This document shows positions 37,981-39,493 of a stretch of 39,493 nucleotides of DNA, piece by piece. The notes beneath the pieces are model-generated. The model did not search any database and was not told where the DNA came from. It saw nothing but the letters and a program-made list of their open reading frames with translations. The stretch is from NCBI GenBank assembly GCA_038526925.1, contig JBCBGJ010000001.1, forward strand, positions 1 to 39,493, in the 5' to 3' direction. How positions within the stretch are numbered: the stretch's first letter is position 1; each line of letters begins with the position of its first letter. The position numbers and the translations under genes were made by a program. The DNA is from Pseudomonadota bacterium (GTDB lineage Bacteria > Pseudomonadota > Alphaproteobacteria > Caulobacterales > Hyphomonadaceae).

Positions 37981-39123
37981 ATGGATAGAGCGACCGAACT
38001 CCAACTCATTGACGAACTGCTCGCCTTAAAGTCGGGCGGAGGGTTCTACCTTGATGAGGCGGTCGCGCGCAGTCCGGTTGCACATTATACCAGCCAGGAC
38101 CGGTTCGAACGGGAACGTGCGCATATTTTCCGGACTCAGCCTTTATGCGTCGCGCATGCCAGCGAGCTCTCAAAACCCGGTGATTTTGTTCGCCGCGATG
38201 TCGCTGGTCTTCCAGCCCTGATCACGCGGGAGAAATCCGGAGCCGTAAACGCGTTTTTGAACGCATGCCGGCATCGCGGTACGCGTCTGGTCGAAGACGA
38301 AAGCGGTTGTAAGCACCGATTCACCTGCCCCTATCATGCCTGGACCTATGCCAATACGGGCGACCTCTTGGCCGCGCCGCACTTTGATCAGGGATTTACG
38401 GGCCTCGACAAAGCGGATCTCGGTCTCGTCCGCCTCCCCTGCCACGAAAAATTTGGCTTTATCTGGGTCGGCGCTGATCCAGAGAAGGACCTCGATCTAG
38501 ACGCGTTTTTCGATGGGCTTACCGAAGAACTCGCGACACTTCGCATGGACGATATGATGGTCACGCATCAAGACGTGCTTGAGCATGATGCGAATTGGAA
38601 AATACTCGTCGAAGGCGGTATTGAAGCCTATCATTTCAAGATCGCTCATCGCAGTACGATCGGTCCGCATTTTGAAGATAATCTCTCCTCATATCGAATG
38701 TTTGGCGCGCATATGCGCTCGATCCTGATGCGCTCCAGCATGGCGAGCTTAGATCCCGATACGCGCGAGACTTGGCGCCTGCGAGATCATGCGCAGGTGC
38801 TCTACACCCTGTTTCCGGGCACATCATTGCTCGTGCAATCCGATCACATTTCATGGATCCAGTCAGAGCCGATTGACGCTGGACGTACGCGGCTGCGCCT
38901 CAGCACGCTCATCCCAAAGTCTGAGGCTCACAAGGACGAGCATTGGCACCGCAATCATCAGATTACGAGAGCGACCCTGGACGAGGACTTCGTGATTGGC
39001 GAGCGTATGCAGGCAACCCTGTTATCAGGCGCCAATCAGAACATGCTCTTTGGTCGCTTTGAAGGGGCGCTAGACGCGTTCAACCAAATTGTCGAAGATC
39101 ACTTAGCGCCAACCAAGTCATAA
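37981..39123 (+). CDS. Rieske non-heme iron oxygenase alpha subunit
   Basis: CRHRG...CPYHAW Rieske motif; NWK..EGGIEAYHFKIAH and LDED mononuclear Fe ligands; GGAGG SD. Confidence 0.92.
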   Translation: MDRATELQLIDELLALKSGGGFYLDEAVARSPVAHYTSQDRFERERAHIFRTQPLCVAHASELSKPGDFVRRDVAGLPALITREKSGAVNAFLNACRHRGTRLVEDESGCKHRFTCPYHAWTYANTGDLLAAPHFDQGFTGLDKADLGLVRLPCHEKFGFIWVGADPEKDLDLDAFFDGLTEELATLRMDDMMVTHQDVLEHDANWKILVEGGIEAYHFKIAHRSTIGPHFEDNLSSYRMFGAHMRSILMRSSMASLDPDTRETWRLRDHAQVLYTLFPGTSLLVQSDHISWIQSEPIDAGRTRLRLSTLIPKSEAHKDEHWHRNHQITRATLDEDFVIGERMQATLLSGANQNMLFGRFEGALDAFNQIVEDHLAPTKS

Positions 39124-39143
39124 TCCGGACCTTTTGAACAAGC

Positions 39144-39493
39144 ATGACGTCTGCCGCCATCACCGCCCAAGCCAATTTGCACCATCAGTACTTTCTCGGT
39201 CTGCAGCTCATGGTGGCTGTCGAAGAGAGCAAGCAGACGGTCTATGATTGGATGTTCCGGCTGTTTCGCCGGCAACACGAAGCAAAGTTTCTTTCCAGCT
39301 TTGAAAAGCTCGGTCTGGACCTAGAGCCAGACGCCGTCGCCTGTGCAAAGTATCATGTCCTGTCCAACGGCATTGGCGGAGTTGCAGTGGAGTATATGGC
39401 CGAGTCCGACACACGAGCATGGGTCCGATTTCGCTATCCACGCTGGATGTATGCAGGCCCCGCGATTTGCGGCATCCCGGTGGAGGCAAGCCG
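39144..39493 (+). CDS. Conserved hypothetical protein (3' truncated by window; absent from the ORF track)
   Basis: Open frame from ATG 39144 to the end: MTSAAITAQANLHHQYFLGLQL...FRRQHEAKFL...ACAKYHVLSNGIGGVAVEYM...YPRWMYAGPAICGIP. Confidence 0.75.
   Translation, partial: MTSAAITAQANLHHQYFLGLQLMVAVEESKQTVYDWMFRLFRRQHEAKFLSSFEKLGLDLEPDAVACAKYHVLSNGIGGVAVEYMAESDTRAWVRFRYPRWMYAGPAICGIPVEAS

Noticed and set aside
39208-39489. 93-aa - strand ORF in the track
   Set aside because: Shadow of the protein-like + strand ORF from 39144
1-39493. CRISPR arrays, tRNA/rRNA, IS/integrase, prophage or defence genes
   Set aside because: No spaced repeats or cloverleafs seen, intergenic gaps are short, and no recombinase or nuclease motifs were recognised

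Overview
Chromosomal segment of a stalked/budding alphaproteobacterium. The lineage is most likely Hyphomonadaceae/Caulobacterales, inferred from the hfs holdfast locus, chpT-cheY-cheR and chvG. Left to right: the 3' end of hslO (Hsp33); a tandem pair of AraC paralogues; MarR and DUF3137 genes; a holdfast polysaccharide locus (hfsE-GT2-hfsG >< hfsC-hfsB-hfsA <> hfsD, without hfsF/hfsH); cyclophilin; an orphan chvG; carD; an SDR/TetR module; a lipoprotein esterase; rpoH2; clpB; an M23 peptidase; chpT-cheY-cheR; rlmN; D-aminoacylase; an FAD monooxygenase; nadE; VOC, GFA and CitE-like lyase genes; YbjN-like, GNAT and serine hydrolase genes; rarD; a TetR/Rieske oxygenase module; and a partial conserved hypothetical gene. 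I saw no rRNA, tRNA, CRISPR, transposase, integrase or defence genes. The best novel signals are regulatory. (1) A candidate ~60-nt sRNA at 36254-36313 has a perfect sigma54 promoter, and its single-stranded segment is complementary to the hfsD start region. (2) The CheR beside chpT lacks its catalytic residues. (3) An ECF11 sigmaE-type promoter precedes rpoH2, which is followed by a sigma32 promoter and a ROSE-like thermometer hairpin for clpB. (4) A 16-bp motif lies exactly 139 nt upstream of both AraC paralogues. All calls come from reading the sequence by eye; no database searches were run.
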